DNA of 64,000 bases from an uncultured delta proteobacterium (GTDB lineage: Bacteria; Myxococcota_A; Polyangia; Polyangiales; B10-G4): positions 416,001 to 480,000 of the forward strand of contig CAVSGI010000008.1 in assembly GCA_963727445.1 (NCBI GenBank), written 5' to 3'. Below, one piece after another: positions 55,306 through 64,000 of this stretch. The number at the start of each line of letters is the position of its first letter. Positions within the stretch are counted from its first letter, which is position 1. Below the pieces are notes generated by a model, which was not told where the DNA came from, made no database searches, and saw nothing but the letters and a program-made list of their open reading frames with translations. The position numbers were made by a program, and so were the translations under genes.

Positions 55306-58039
55306 TCAGAGCGCTTCGTCGCCGATGGTGATGGGCACGGTGGGCTCGAGCAGATAGCCGTCGTGGTGGCGGACGAGGATGTCGCGCAGACCGAGGCCGC
55401 GGAGGGTGGACATCGCGACGTAGACGCGGCTCGCCGCCGACCGTGGCTGCGCTTTTTGACCAGGCCAGCCGATCGCGAACATCTCTTCGACCGCGAGGGC
55501 GGTCCCCGGCGCGTGGACGCGCCTTTCCGCGAGCGCTCTGAGGAGCTTCGCCAGCGCGGCGCGCCGGGAGATGTCGACCACGTCGGCGCCGGGCGGACGA
55601 AAACGCTTTCCGTTCACGCTGACCTCGAGCCCCTGACTCGGCTCCGCCGGGGGCGGGATGGTGGCGTGCTCCGGCGCGCCCACAGCGCGCTCGAGCACCC
55701 GCAGCGCAGCCCTCACGTCGGCCGACCGCTGATGGAGGCGCCCCTTCCTCGCACTCCGCACGCGTTTCTGCGCTTGCTGCACATACCCGGCGGCCGCCGC
55801 GTGGTCGCCCCGTGCCTCCGCCGCCCGGGCGCGCGCCAGATCGACGTGGCCCCGGCACAGATGCGCCACCTCCCACCGCACCTCGTCGCCCACGCGCTCC
55901 ATGCACTCGGCCGCGTGATCGAGGCTCCGCCTCGGCGGCGTCGAGCGCGTCCTTCGTCGCGTGGAGGCGCCCCGACCACGCCCGGACCAATCCTTCGCCG
56001 AGCAGGTTCTTCGCGTCCCGGAGGAGCATCGCCGCTTCGTCGTAACGCGCCCGTGCGGCGAGCAGCTCGCCCTTCTCCTCGAAGCACGCCCCGAGATAGG
56101 CGAGCGCCAGCCCCGTGGACTGCTTGCGCCCGACGCGGCGGAATCCGTCGATCGCGCGCGCGTAGAGCGCCCGCGCCTCGTCCGGGTGCTCGCGCGCGAG
56201 GGCCACCTCGCCCGCCAGCATCGTGGCGACCGCCACGACGTAGTCGTCTCCGACCTCCACCGCCAGCGCCCGCGCCCCCGCTGCGCGCTCGGCCGCCTCG
56301 TCGAGGCGGTCCTGGTCGAGGTCGAGGTTGCCGAGGTTCGCGAGCGTCCGCGCCTCGTGTGCGCGGTCGCCGAGCGTTCGGTGGATCCCGAGCGCCCGCG
56401 CCCAGAGCGTGGCCGCCCCTTCGACGTCGCCCGAGAGGAGCGCCGCCCTTCCGAGCTCGGTGAGGGCCTGTCCCGCGCCTTCCTCGTCTCCCGCTGCATC
56501 ACAGAGCGCGACCGCCTCCCGGTAGTGCTCGGCCGCCTCGTCGAGGAAGCCGCAGGCCCATTCGAGCGCTCCGCGCGCTCGCGCGACCCGGGCACGCGAC
56601 CGCATGTCCGACGCCGCGAGCGCCTCCGCGTGCGCCAGATCCTCGCGCGCGGACGCGACGTCGCCACGCCTGAGGCGTGCTTCTGCCCGGCCGAGGTGCG
56701 CACGGAGCCGAAGCTGTGGCGGCGCCGAAGAAGCCCCTTCGGTCGCGAGCGCGCTCTCGGTCACCTCGAGATAGACGTGGCCCGGACCGCGGGCGCTCAG
56801 GATGGGCAGGGTGGCGAGAGCGATCGTCACGGCGGTCTCGCCCTGCCCCGCGTCGGTCGCCCAGCGGAGCGCCGCAACGAGCCCCTCGAGCTCGGCGGCG
56901 AGCGTGCGTCGGGCGCGGTCATCGCGCTCCGCGCGCTCCGCGAGCGCGAGACCGCGCTTCGCGAGATGCGCGGCGTGGGAGGCCCGGGCCGCCTCCCGGT
57001 CGACGGGGTCGAGCCTCCTCTCGGCGTATTCACGAATGGACGCATAGAAGCCGAAGCGCAGCGGCTCCCCCTCGTGCGCGGGCGCGCGCGCGACGAGGAG
57101 CGACTTGTCGCGCAGCGATTCCACGCGGCCCCGCCCGGCGGCGCCCACCACCGCCTCGGCCCCCTCCATGGTGAAGCCGTCGGGAAGCACGCTCAGCCGT
57201 GAAAGGACGCCGCGCTCCTCCGCGTCCAGGAGATCCCACGACCCGTCGATGGCGGCTTCGAGCGTGGCGTGACGGCCGACGCGATCGCGGCCGTGGCTGG
57301 TCAGGAGCTCGAAGCGCTTCGAGAGCTGGGTGTGGAGCTGAGACAGAGAGAGCGTTCGGAGGCGCGCCGCCGCGAGCTCGATGGCGAGGGGGATGCCGTC
57401 GAGCTCCGCCACCACCTCCGCCAGCACCGCGCCCTGGCCGCTGGGATCGAAGCCGTGTCGCACGGCGCGGGCACGCTGGCAGAAGAGCTGGACGGCGTCG
57501 CTGGCCTCCGGATCGGCTTCGACGACGGGGAGCGCGAGCGGCTCCAGATCGAGCAGCACCTCTCCGTCGAGATGGAGACGCTCGCGCGAGGTGACGACGA
57601 AGCACGTCTGCCCGCCCGCGCGCAGCCAGGCGCCCACGGTCTCGGCGGCGGTGAACGCGACCTGCTCGAAGTTGTCGAGGACGAGCAGCGTCGGAGGGCG
57701 CTCCGCCAGCGCGCCACCAATCCGCAGCGCGGCCTGGTCCGCGCTCGCCTGGCTGCGCAGGGACAGGGCGAGTGCGCGCGCGACCGACGTGCAGACCTCC
57801 GAGAGGGACCGGGCCGACGAGAGGTCGCAGAAGATGGCGCCGCCCGGGTAGCGCTCCGCCACCTCCCGTGCGTGCTCTACCGCGAGGCGCGTCTTGCCCA
57901 TGCCCCCGGGACCGAGGATCGACACCAGGCGGGCGCCTGCATCGAAGGCCTCCGCGATCTCGACGAGAGCGTCTCCTCGGCCGACGAAGGTCGAGGCAAA
58001 CGCCGGCAGCGATCGCGACGCGGGGACGCTCCGAACCAT
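55306..58039 (-). CDS. STAND/NB-ARC-like ATPase with TPR repeats and a C-terminal winged-helix; frameshift near 55925
   Basis: FVGR, GPGGMGKTRLA, LLVLDNFEQ, VTSRERL, LDGIPLAIELAAAR, TPRs; C-terminus in ORF 55306-56703: EEMFAIGWPG...RVYVAMSTLR.LGL...GYLL. Confidence 0.85.
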
Positions 58040-58101
58040 GAACCCCGAGTATAGGGTCCCAGTCGCGGCCGTCGAAGGCGGCTGGTAGGCTCGAAATCCC
58101 G

Positions 58102-58701
58102 ATGCGCGCCTTCGACTGGCTCGACGATGACGACGACGGAGCACTCGACTTCGACGCGGCGACGCCCATCGAGACCGCGAGCCCTGGCCCGGTGACGATC
58201 GCGGGCACGCTGCGCGAGCTCGATCCGCCGTTGGATGCGCCCTCGGACGCCCAGCCCTGCCTCTGGTACCTGGCGGTCGCGGAAAGCCTTCCCCTCGACG
58301 CCCTGGCCCAACCGACTCGCGGCATGTGCCTGTCGCGGCGCGTGGGCGTGCGCTGCCTCATCGACGACGGAAAGAGCCTCGCCATCGTCGACCTCTCCGG
58401 CGCTCGTTTCGGTGGATCGATGCGGACTTACGATCTCGGTGCGCTCGGTCCACCGGCGCTCGACTGGGTCGGCGACCTGCGTGAGGAGGCCGGACACCCG
58501 CGCTTCACCGTGGACGCGGTGGCCCTTCACGAGCTCCGCGTCGGTGTCGGCGACGAGGTCGTGATCGAAGGCCGAGGCGCGTGGTCGACGAGCGAGGTCG
58601 CTGCGCTCGCCGCGGGCGGGATCGGCGGCGGCTACCGCAGCGCGCCTCGCGTGCTGGTCGTCACCGAGGTAGGCCGGGCAAACCGCCGCGGGCGCGGGTA
58701 G
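58102..58701 (+). CDS. hypothetical protein (possibly GIDE-domain-like)
   Basis: VTIAG...APSDAQPCLWY...LIDDG...E..VGVGDEVVIEG...GGYRSAPR; TAGGCT upstream of the ATG. Confidence 0.55.
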   Translation: MRAFDWLDDDDDGALDFDAATPIETASPGPVTIAGTLRELDPPLDAPSDAQPCLWYLAVAESLPLDALAQPTRGMCLSRRVGVRCLIDDGKSLAIVDLSGARFGGSMRTYDLGALGPPALDWVGDLREEAGHPRFTVDAVALHELRVGVGDEVVIEGRGAWSTSEVAALAAGGIGGGYRSAPRVLVVTEVGRANRRGRG

Positions 58702-58705
58702 CGCC

Positions 58706-60058
58706 CTACTCGCAGAGCTCCGGCGGCGGAACAATCGCTTCGTGGAGGTCGGCGCCGTCCATCAAAGTGGCGGTGCCGGCGGTGGCGTCGAGGGAGTAGA
58801 CCTTCGCGCCGTCGCCGATGCCGACCTGCAGCTCCTCGACGCCGGTCAGGTAGAAGTAGCCGGTCTCGATCATCCCGTCGGCGGAGTTGTATTCGAGGAT
58901 GATCGTCTTTTCGCCGCCGGGTCCCGTCCCACACTCGACGCAGTAGCGCGCGTAGACGTCGTCGACCGTGGGGTCGTCGACCATCAGCTCGCCGCTGGTC
59001 GACATGACCAAGAGCCCACCCGCAGGGGTCGGGGTGGAGGTGACCATCTCGGTGTCGGTGGGGATGGCCAGGACCAATCGGTCGACGCCGCCGTCCGCGG
59101 AGAAGAGCGCGTCTTCCCAGCCGCCGCCGCCGAAGAAGTTGGGCCCGAGCCAGGTGGTGGTCTGAACGTTCTCGTCCACGTACCAGACGAAGACGTCGTC
59201 GCCGGCCCCGCCGAAGACCCGGAAGTCGTGGGTGTTGCCGCGAAGGACCACCATGTCGTCGCCGTCGGAGACGTCGAGGGTGTCGGTGCGTCCGCCGTCG
59301 CCGTTGCCCAGATCGATGGCGGCGCGATCGATGTCGCGCACGAAGACCCAGTCGTAGCCCGGGCCGGTGTGAACGGTCGCGGTGTCGATCTGCCAGCTGC
59401 CGTCGGTGCTCGGGGTGCAACCGGCGATGACGAGGTCGTCGTCGCGTTCTCCGCCGTCGGCGGTGGTGCCGGTGCGGAAGTCGAGGGTGTGAGCCTCGTC
59501 GAAGATGAGCACGTCGGGACCGCCCGCGAGGTTCCCCGTGATGCTGTGGATGTTGCCGGCGGGACCGAGGTCCATGTAGTCGACCCCGGAAGAGCCTTCG
59601 AAGTACTCGGCCGGTCCCTGGTAGTCGGTCGACGCCATCACCCCGACGAAGCGCCAGCCGTACTGGTGATCCATCGAGTCGACCATCGGCTCGAAGGTGC
59701 CGAGGTTGGACTCGAAGTTGCGCCAGTTCGCCAGGTCGTTCCCCGCGTCGTCCCAATCCCACTCGCCGGGCGGCAGGATGGGCGTGTCGTCGTGGCCGTC
59801 GTTGTATTCGTCGTCGAGGAGCCCCGCGAGGGGGAAGTCACCGGCAGCGGGCGACCAGCTCCCGTCCCAGGACCACTCGTTGCCGTCCGGGAAGCCCATC
59901 GCCGGGGGCGGCGGCGGGGGGGGTGAGGCGTCGCGACGGGTGCCGGTGTCGGCGCTGCCGTCGGCGCCGCCGCCGTCGGGCGTGTCGGACGAGTCGTCTC
60001 CGCAAGCCGTCGCCGCAATCGACATCACGAGAACCGAAGAAAGGAGGTGCCGGTGCAT
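58706..60058 (-). CDS. acidic lipoprotein with RTX-like Ca-binding motifs
   Basis: ATACGDD lipobox; GSSGVDYM, GGPDVLIF, TGPGYDWVF, GGAGDDVFV, DGGVDRL. Confidence 0.7.
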   Translation of the reverse strand: MHRHLLSSVLVMSIAATACGDDSSDTPDGGGADGSADTGTRRDASPPPPPPPAMGFPDGNEWSWDGSWSPAAGDFPLAGLLDDEYNDGHDDTPILPPGEWDWDDAGNDLANWRNFESNLGTFEPMVDSMDHQYGWRFVGVMASTDYQGPAEYFEGSSGVDYMDLGPAGNIHSITGNLAGGPDVLIFDEAHTLDFRTGTTADGGERDDDLVIAGCTPSTDGSWQIDTATVHTGPGYDWVFVRDIDRAAIDLGNGDGGRTDTLDVSDGDDMVVLRGNTHDFRVFGGAGDDVFVWYVDENVQTTTWLGPNFFGGGGWEDALFSADGGVDRLVLAIPTDTEMVTSTPTPAGGLLVMSTSGELMVDDPTVDDVYARYCVECGTGPGGEKTIILEYNSADGMIETGYFYLTGVEELQVGIGDGAKVYSLDATAGTATLMDGADLHEAIVPPPELCE

Positions 60059-60092
60059 GATGCGTCGGAGCCTACCCCTCCCCCGGCGCGGG

Positions 60093-61169
60093 TCAATCAC
60101 CCGCGAGAAAGGCGCCGAGGGGGACGAAGAGCTCGCTCTCGAGGTGGTCGCCGATGGCCAGATCCCCGTGGCCGTAGTCGTGTCGACACCCGCCCTCGCG
60201 CCCCATCAGGACGAAGCGCTTGTCGATGCTCTCCGCGTCGCTGCCCCACCTTTCGTAGGCGACCCGCACGGCGCTGGCCTCGGCGATGCGGTCGGCGGTG
60301 CCGGCGAAGAAGATGGCGGGCAGCTCGACCGAGGGTAGCTCGGCTGCGATGTCCTCACCGTCCACGCGCACGATTCCGTCGGCGAGCGCCCAGGTCGCGA
60401 AGTCGGCCGAGAGCGGCGCCTGAACGTCCTCGATCAGGTTCACCAGCGCTCGCCGCGTCGTGCCCCGCCCGACGTTGTCGGGGTTGTAGATGAAGCGATG
60501 GATGGGCGTGCGCAGGAGCTCCACCACGAAGGCGGCCATGCGGGCGCCGAGCCGGAGCCACAGCCCGCGGAAGACGATGCGCGGAAGGAAGCGCAGGCGC
60601 CTCAGGATCAGGATGGGAGGCGAGACGCGCGCCGGGCTGCCGATGAACGCGACGCGGCGGAGCGCGTTGGGGGAGACGGTGCGCGTGAGGGCCGCGTAGA
60701 GGAGCATGCCGCCCATGGAGAAGCCGACGTAGTCGATCCGGTCGGCGTGGGTTCGGTCGCGGACGAAGGCGATCGCGTCGGGGATGTCGTTGTGAACCAT
60801 CGCGCGGAAGTCGACCTTCGCGCGCTGTGCCGCGCTGAGGGTGGGATTGCCGGAGCGAAGGGTCAGGAGCCAGACGTCGCGGCCCTGGTCGTGAAGGTAG
60901 CGGGCGACGGAACGGTCCGGCTCGGCGTCGACGTTGCGGTGGTTGGCGGCGAGGCCGTGAACGACCAGCACCGGCGGCTCGGTGGGCGTGGGGGGCGGCT
61001 CGAGCCGGTAGAGCGTGATGGGCACGTCGTCGTGGGTGACGAGCTCGTGGCGCTCCGAGTACTCCGCGGGCACCGTGAGGCGCCGCACCCAATACATGTA
61101 GTGGAGCCGAGCGAGGGCGAAGGAGACGAGCATCGCGGCGGCGATGCCCAGGATGAGGGGCCAATCCAT
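60093..61169 (-). CDS. alpha/beta hydrolase (PhaC/lipase-like) with N-terminal TM
   Basis: VLVVHGL, DVWLLTLR, DIPDAI, VGFSMGG, AGTADRI, DYGHGDL. Confidence 0.88.
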   Translation of the reverse strand: MDWPLILGIAAAMLVSFALARLHYMYWVRRLTVPAEYSERHELVTHDDVPITLYRLEPPPTPTEPPVLVVHGLAANHRNVDAEPDRSVARYLHDQGRDVWLLTLRSGNPTLSAAQRAKVDFRAMVHNDIPDAIAFVRDRTHADRIDYVGFSMGGMLLYAALTRTVSPNALRRVAFIGSPARVSPPILILRRLRFLPRIVFRGLWLRLGARMAAFVVELLRTPIHRFIYNPDNVGRGTTRRALVNLIEDVQAPLSADFATWALADGIVRVDGEDIAAELPSVELPAIFFAGTADRIAEASAVRVAYERWGSDAESIDKRFVLMGREGGCRHDYGHGDLAIGDHLESELFVPLGAFLAGD

Positions 61170-61227
61170 TGGTTGACGGCGGAGCCGAGAAGGGATTTCT
61201 TCCCACGAGGGAGTGAACGAGAAATTC

Positions 61228-62305
61228 ATGGCCGATGACGACGCCAGGGACAAGCGCTGGCTCCTCTATGGAGCCAACGGCTACACCGGCGAGCTGATCG
61301 CCGAAGCCGCGAAGAAGCGGGGCGAAGAGCCGAATCCTGGCCGGTCGCACGGCGTCGAAGATCGAGCCTCTGGGCGAGCGCTTCGCGCTCGAAACCCGCG
61401 TCTTTTCGCTGGACGACCCCAGCGCCGTCGTCGCCTCCCTCGAAGACGTGAGCGCGGTGCTCCACTGCGCCGGCCCCTTCTCCGCCACCAGCGCGAAGAT
61501 GGTGGACGGCTGCGTCGCCACCGGCACCCACTATCTCGACATCACCGGAGAGATCTCGGTCTTCGAGAGCTGCCACGCCCGCACCGAAGAGGCGGCGGAA
61601 GCCGGCGTGACCCTCATGCCCGGCGTGGGCTTCGACGTCGTGCCCACCGACTGTCTGGCGGCGTGCCTCGCCGAGGCGCTTCCCGACGCCGAACGGCTGC
61701 TCCTCGCCATCTGTTCGCTGGGCGCGCCGAGCCAGGGCACGGCGAAGACCGTGGTGGAGAGCCTCTCGGACGGTGGCGCGATCCGGAAGAACGGTTGGAT
61801 CGAACGCGTCCCCACCGCGTACCGCACCCGCACCATCCCCTTCCACGACAAGCCGCGGGCGGCGATGACCATCCCCTGGGGCGACGTCGCGACGGCGTAC
61901 TACTCGACGGGCATCGGCAACATCGAGGTCTACATGGCGGTGCCCCAGCGCGCGATCCTCGCGGCGAAGGTGAGCCGGCCGTTCACCCCCTTCCTCGGCG
62001 TGCCCGCGATTCAGCACGCCCTCGAGTCGCGCATCGAGCGCGGACGGCGCGGGCCGAGCGAGGAGGCGCGCGCTCGCGGGCGCTCGGAGGTCTGGGGTCG
62101 CGCGGAGACCGCGTCGGGGCGCGGCGTCGAAGCGACCCTGACCACGCCCGACGGCTACGCCCTCACGTCGATGACCGCCCTCGACGCGACGATTCGGACC
62201 GTGCGCGGGGAGGCGCGGCCGGGTACGCTCACTCCGTCCATGGCGTTCGGCGCGCGGTACATCGAGCAGTTCGAAGACTGTGAGCTGCGGCTGGAGGGCG
62301 CGTGA
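61228..62305 (+). CDS. saccharopine dehydrogenase-like NAD(P)-binding oxidoreductase; frameshift near 61330
   Basis: LYGANGYTGELI joins ILAGR...VLHCAGPF, HYLDITGE, GVGFDVVPTD, SQGT, IPWGDV, GTLTPS. Confidence 0.88.
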
Positions 62306-63831
62306 GCACCACGGACCTGGCGCGCTATGACAAGCTGCCCTCGATCGACGTGCTTCGCGCCGCGCTGCGCGAAGCCTTCTCCCTGGAGCTGAACATCATC
62401 GGCACCGAGGGCCCCGTCTCTCACGTGCGCGGCGGGGTGATGACCTCGTCGAGCGACGCCTGCCGCGCTTCGCTCTTCTCCCGCGAAGGCTTCAAGCGCT
62501 GCGACGCGTTCTACGAGGAGCTCGGCAACACCGGCGACCGCGAGGTCGCCCGCAGCTGTCATCTGGGCCTCGCGGCGCTCTCGGTGCCGGCCGTGCTCGA
62601 GGACCGGGTTCTCTGTCACGTCGTCGCCTCGGGCTTCAACGCCACCGCCCTCGAAGGCTGCCCGCCGGTCGACGCGACCAAGCTCGCCCGCGCGCTGGCC
62701 GAGCTCGATCCGAACCTGCCCGACCCCGGGGAGCACGCGCGCCGGCTGCCGGTGGTCAAGGGGAGCCGACCGCGCATCGTGCGCGCCATCCTGCGCACCG
62801 CGGCGCGCGAGATCACGCGTTACGAAGAGGAGCGACGGGCGCGCCTGGCCGAGACCGACGCCGACCGTCCGGGGCTGTGGGGCATCGTGGGGCGATCGCC
62901 GCAGATGCTCGAGCTCTTCGAGGCGATCAAGCGGGTGGCGAACAGCGAAGCGACCGTTCTGATCCAGGGCGAGAGCGGCACGGGCAAGGAGCTGGTCGCG
63001 CGCGCCATCGTCGAGCACGGACCGCGCTCGCGCGAGCCGTACATCGCGCAGAGCTGCGCCGTGATGAGCGACGAGCTCCTCGAGAGCACGCTCTTCGGTC
63101 ACGTGCGCGGCGCCTTCTCCGGCGCGGTGCGCGGGGGCGAAGGTCTCTTCGGCGCGGCCGAGGGCGGCACGCTCTTCCTCGACGAGGTGGGCGAGATGAG
63201 CCCGTCACTGCAGGTGAAGCTCCTGCGTGTGCTGCAGGACGGCAGTTACATGCCGGTGGGCGCCACCAGCCCCAAGAAGGCCGACGTCCGGGTCATCACC
63301 GCCACCCACCGCGACCTCGCGAAGATGGTCGAGACGGGAGAGTTCCGACAGGACCTCTTCTATCGCCTTCACGTAGTGCCGGTGAGGCTGCCGCCTCTGC
63401 GCGAGCGCCCCGGCGATGTGCGCCTCCTCGTCGAGTACTTCCTCTCGCGCGCGGGCGAGACGCCGAGGCGCGTCTCCGACGCCGCGTGGACCTGCCTCGA
63501 GCGTCATCCCTTTCCGGGCAACGTCCGCGAGCTCGAAGCCGAAGTGCAACGCTGGGAGCTCACCGCTGCCGGCGCACGAGAGATCGGCCCCGAGCACCTC
63601 TCCGCCGCCATCCGCCGAGCGGGCGGCTACGGCGAAGGAGACACCGCCAAGAAGGCCGCCGACGCCGCCGCCGGCGAAGGCACACTCGCCGAAGCCGTCG
63701 AAGAGCTCGAGATCGCCATCATCCGCCGCGGTCTCGAGCGCACCGACGGCAACCGCACCCAGCTCGCCAAAGAGCTCGACATCAGCCGCACGACGTTGAA
63801 CGAACGCCTGAAGCGATACGGGTTGGATTAG
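62302..63831 (+). CDS. sigma54-dependent Fis-family activator with an N-terminal PocR-like sensor
   Basis: C...C...CHLGL PocR-type cysteines; GESGTGKE, ESTLFGH..GAFSGA, FLDEVGE, FRQDLFYRL, PGNVREL, C-terminal HTH; GTGA overlap with the previous gene. Confidence 0.92.
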   Translation: MSTTDLARYDKLPSIDVLRAALREAFSLELNIIGTEGPVSHVRGGVMTSSSDACRASLFSREGFKRCDAFYEELGNTGDREVARSCHLGLAALSVPAVLEDRVLCHVVASGFNATALEGCPPVDATKLARALAELDPNLPDPGEHARRLPVVKGSRPRIVRAILRTAAREITRYEEERRARLAETDADRPGLWGIVGRSPQMLELFEAIKRVANSEATVLIQGESGTGKELVARAIVEHGPRSREPYIAQSCAVMSDELLESTLFGHVRGAFSGAVRGGEGLFGAAEGGTLFLDEVGEMSPSLQVKLLRVLQDGSYMPVGATSPKKADVRVITATHRDLAKMVETGEFRQDLFYRLHVVPVRLPPLRERPGDVRLLVEYFLSRAGETPRRVSDAAWTCLERHPFPGNVRELEAEVQRWELTAAGAREIGPEHLSAAIRRAGGYGEGDTAKKAADAAAGEGTLAEAVEELEIAIIRRGLERTDGNRTQLAKELDISRTTLNERLKRYGLD

Positions 63832-64000
63832 GCGGGAAGGCGCGAGGACGCGCGCCCGGCGGGGCGGAGGGCGGCGTGCGTGCGGCTGGTTGAGGGCGGG
63901 CGTTGGGGGGTCTCGGCTGCAACGGGCATTGGATGGCGCGGTTCTGACCGGCTGTTGCTGATGGGGAAAGGGGTGGCCGGTGTGCAGGGCGGAGGGCGGC

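Noticed and set aside
59903..59923. G-run (poly-Pro codons) as a phase-variable tract
   Set aside because: In frame and encodes a PPPPPPP linker; no disruption seen.
63832..64000. G-rich tail as ncRNA or terminator
   Set aside because: No clear hairpin plus U-tract or recognisable RNA motif; truncated by the window edge.

Overview
A very GC-rich (roughly 70% by eye) bacterial window, almost certainly Myxococcota (Polyangia/Sandaracinus-like). The evidence is a MYXO-CTERM-type C-terminus, MopE-like Cys/Asp repeats, many Cys-rich lipoproteins, an FHA-histidine kinase and sigma54 regulation. It holds about 45 protein genes; I found no rRNA, tRNA, CRISPR array or mobile element. The left part has a DyP peroxidase, an uncharacterised three-gene zinc-ribbon operon, fetAB, kynA, an FHA hybrid kinase, an RND pump, a double papain-fold NlpC/P60 lipoprotein, a block of Cys-rich surface proteins (one with GGDDGY tandem repeats), a PLD-PHP fusion divergent from ppk2, and mscS. 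The centre (about 30.0-51.4 kb) is a Wzx/Wzy exopolysaccharide cluster resembling the Myxococcus eps locus (WecB/TagA GT, GH9, CysE-like acetyltransferase, Wzx, Wzy, OPX, PCP, WcaJ). It also carries two unexplained modules: a Pol-beta-type nucleotidyltransferase plus alkaline-phosphatase-superfamily pair, and an SGNH-like protein plus acyl-AMP ligase. The right part has an MFS transporter, a CRTAC1-like lipoprotein, a STAND-TPR regulator, an RTX-like lipoprotein, an alpha/beta hydrolase, a saccharopine-dehydrogenase-like protein and a PocR-sigma54 activator. Across the window, at least 13 genes have a TANNNT -10 box 6-10 nt before the ATG and no Shine-Dalgarno, suggesting widespread leaderless transcription. 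Many single-base frameshifts look like long-read consensus errors. All family calls come from motif recognition by eye; no searches were run.
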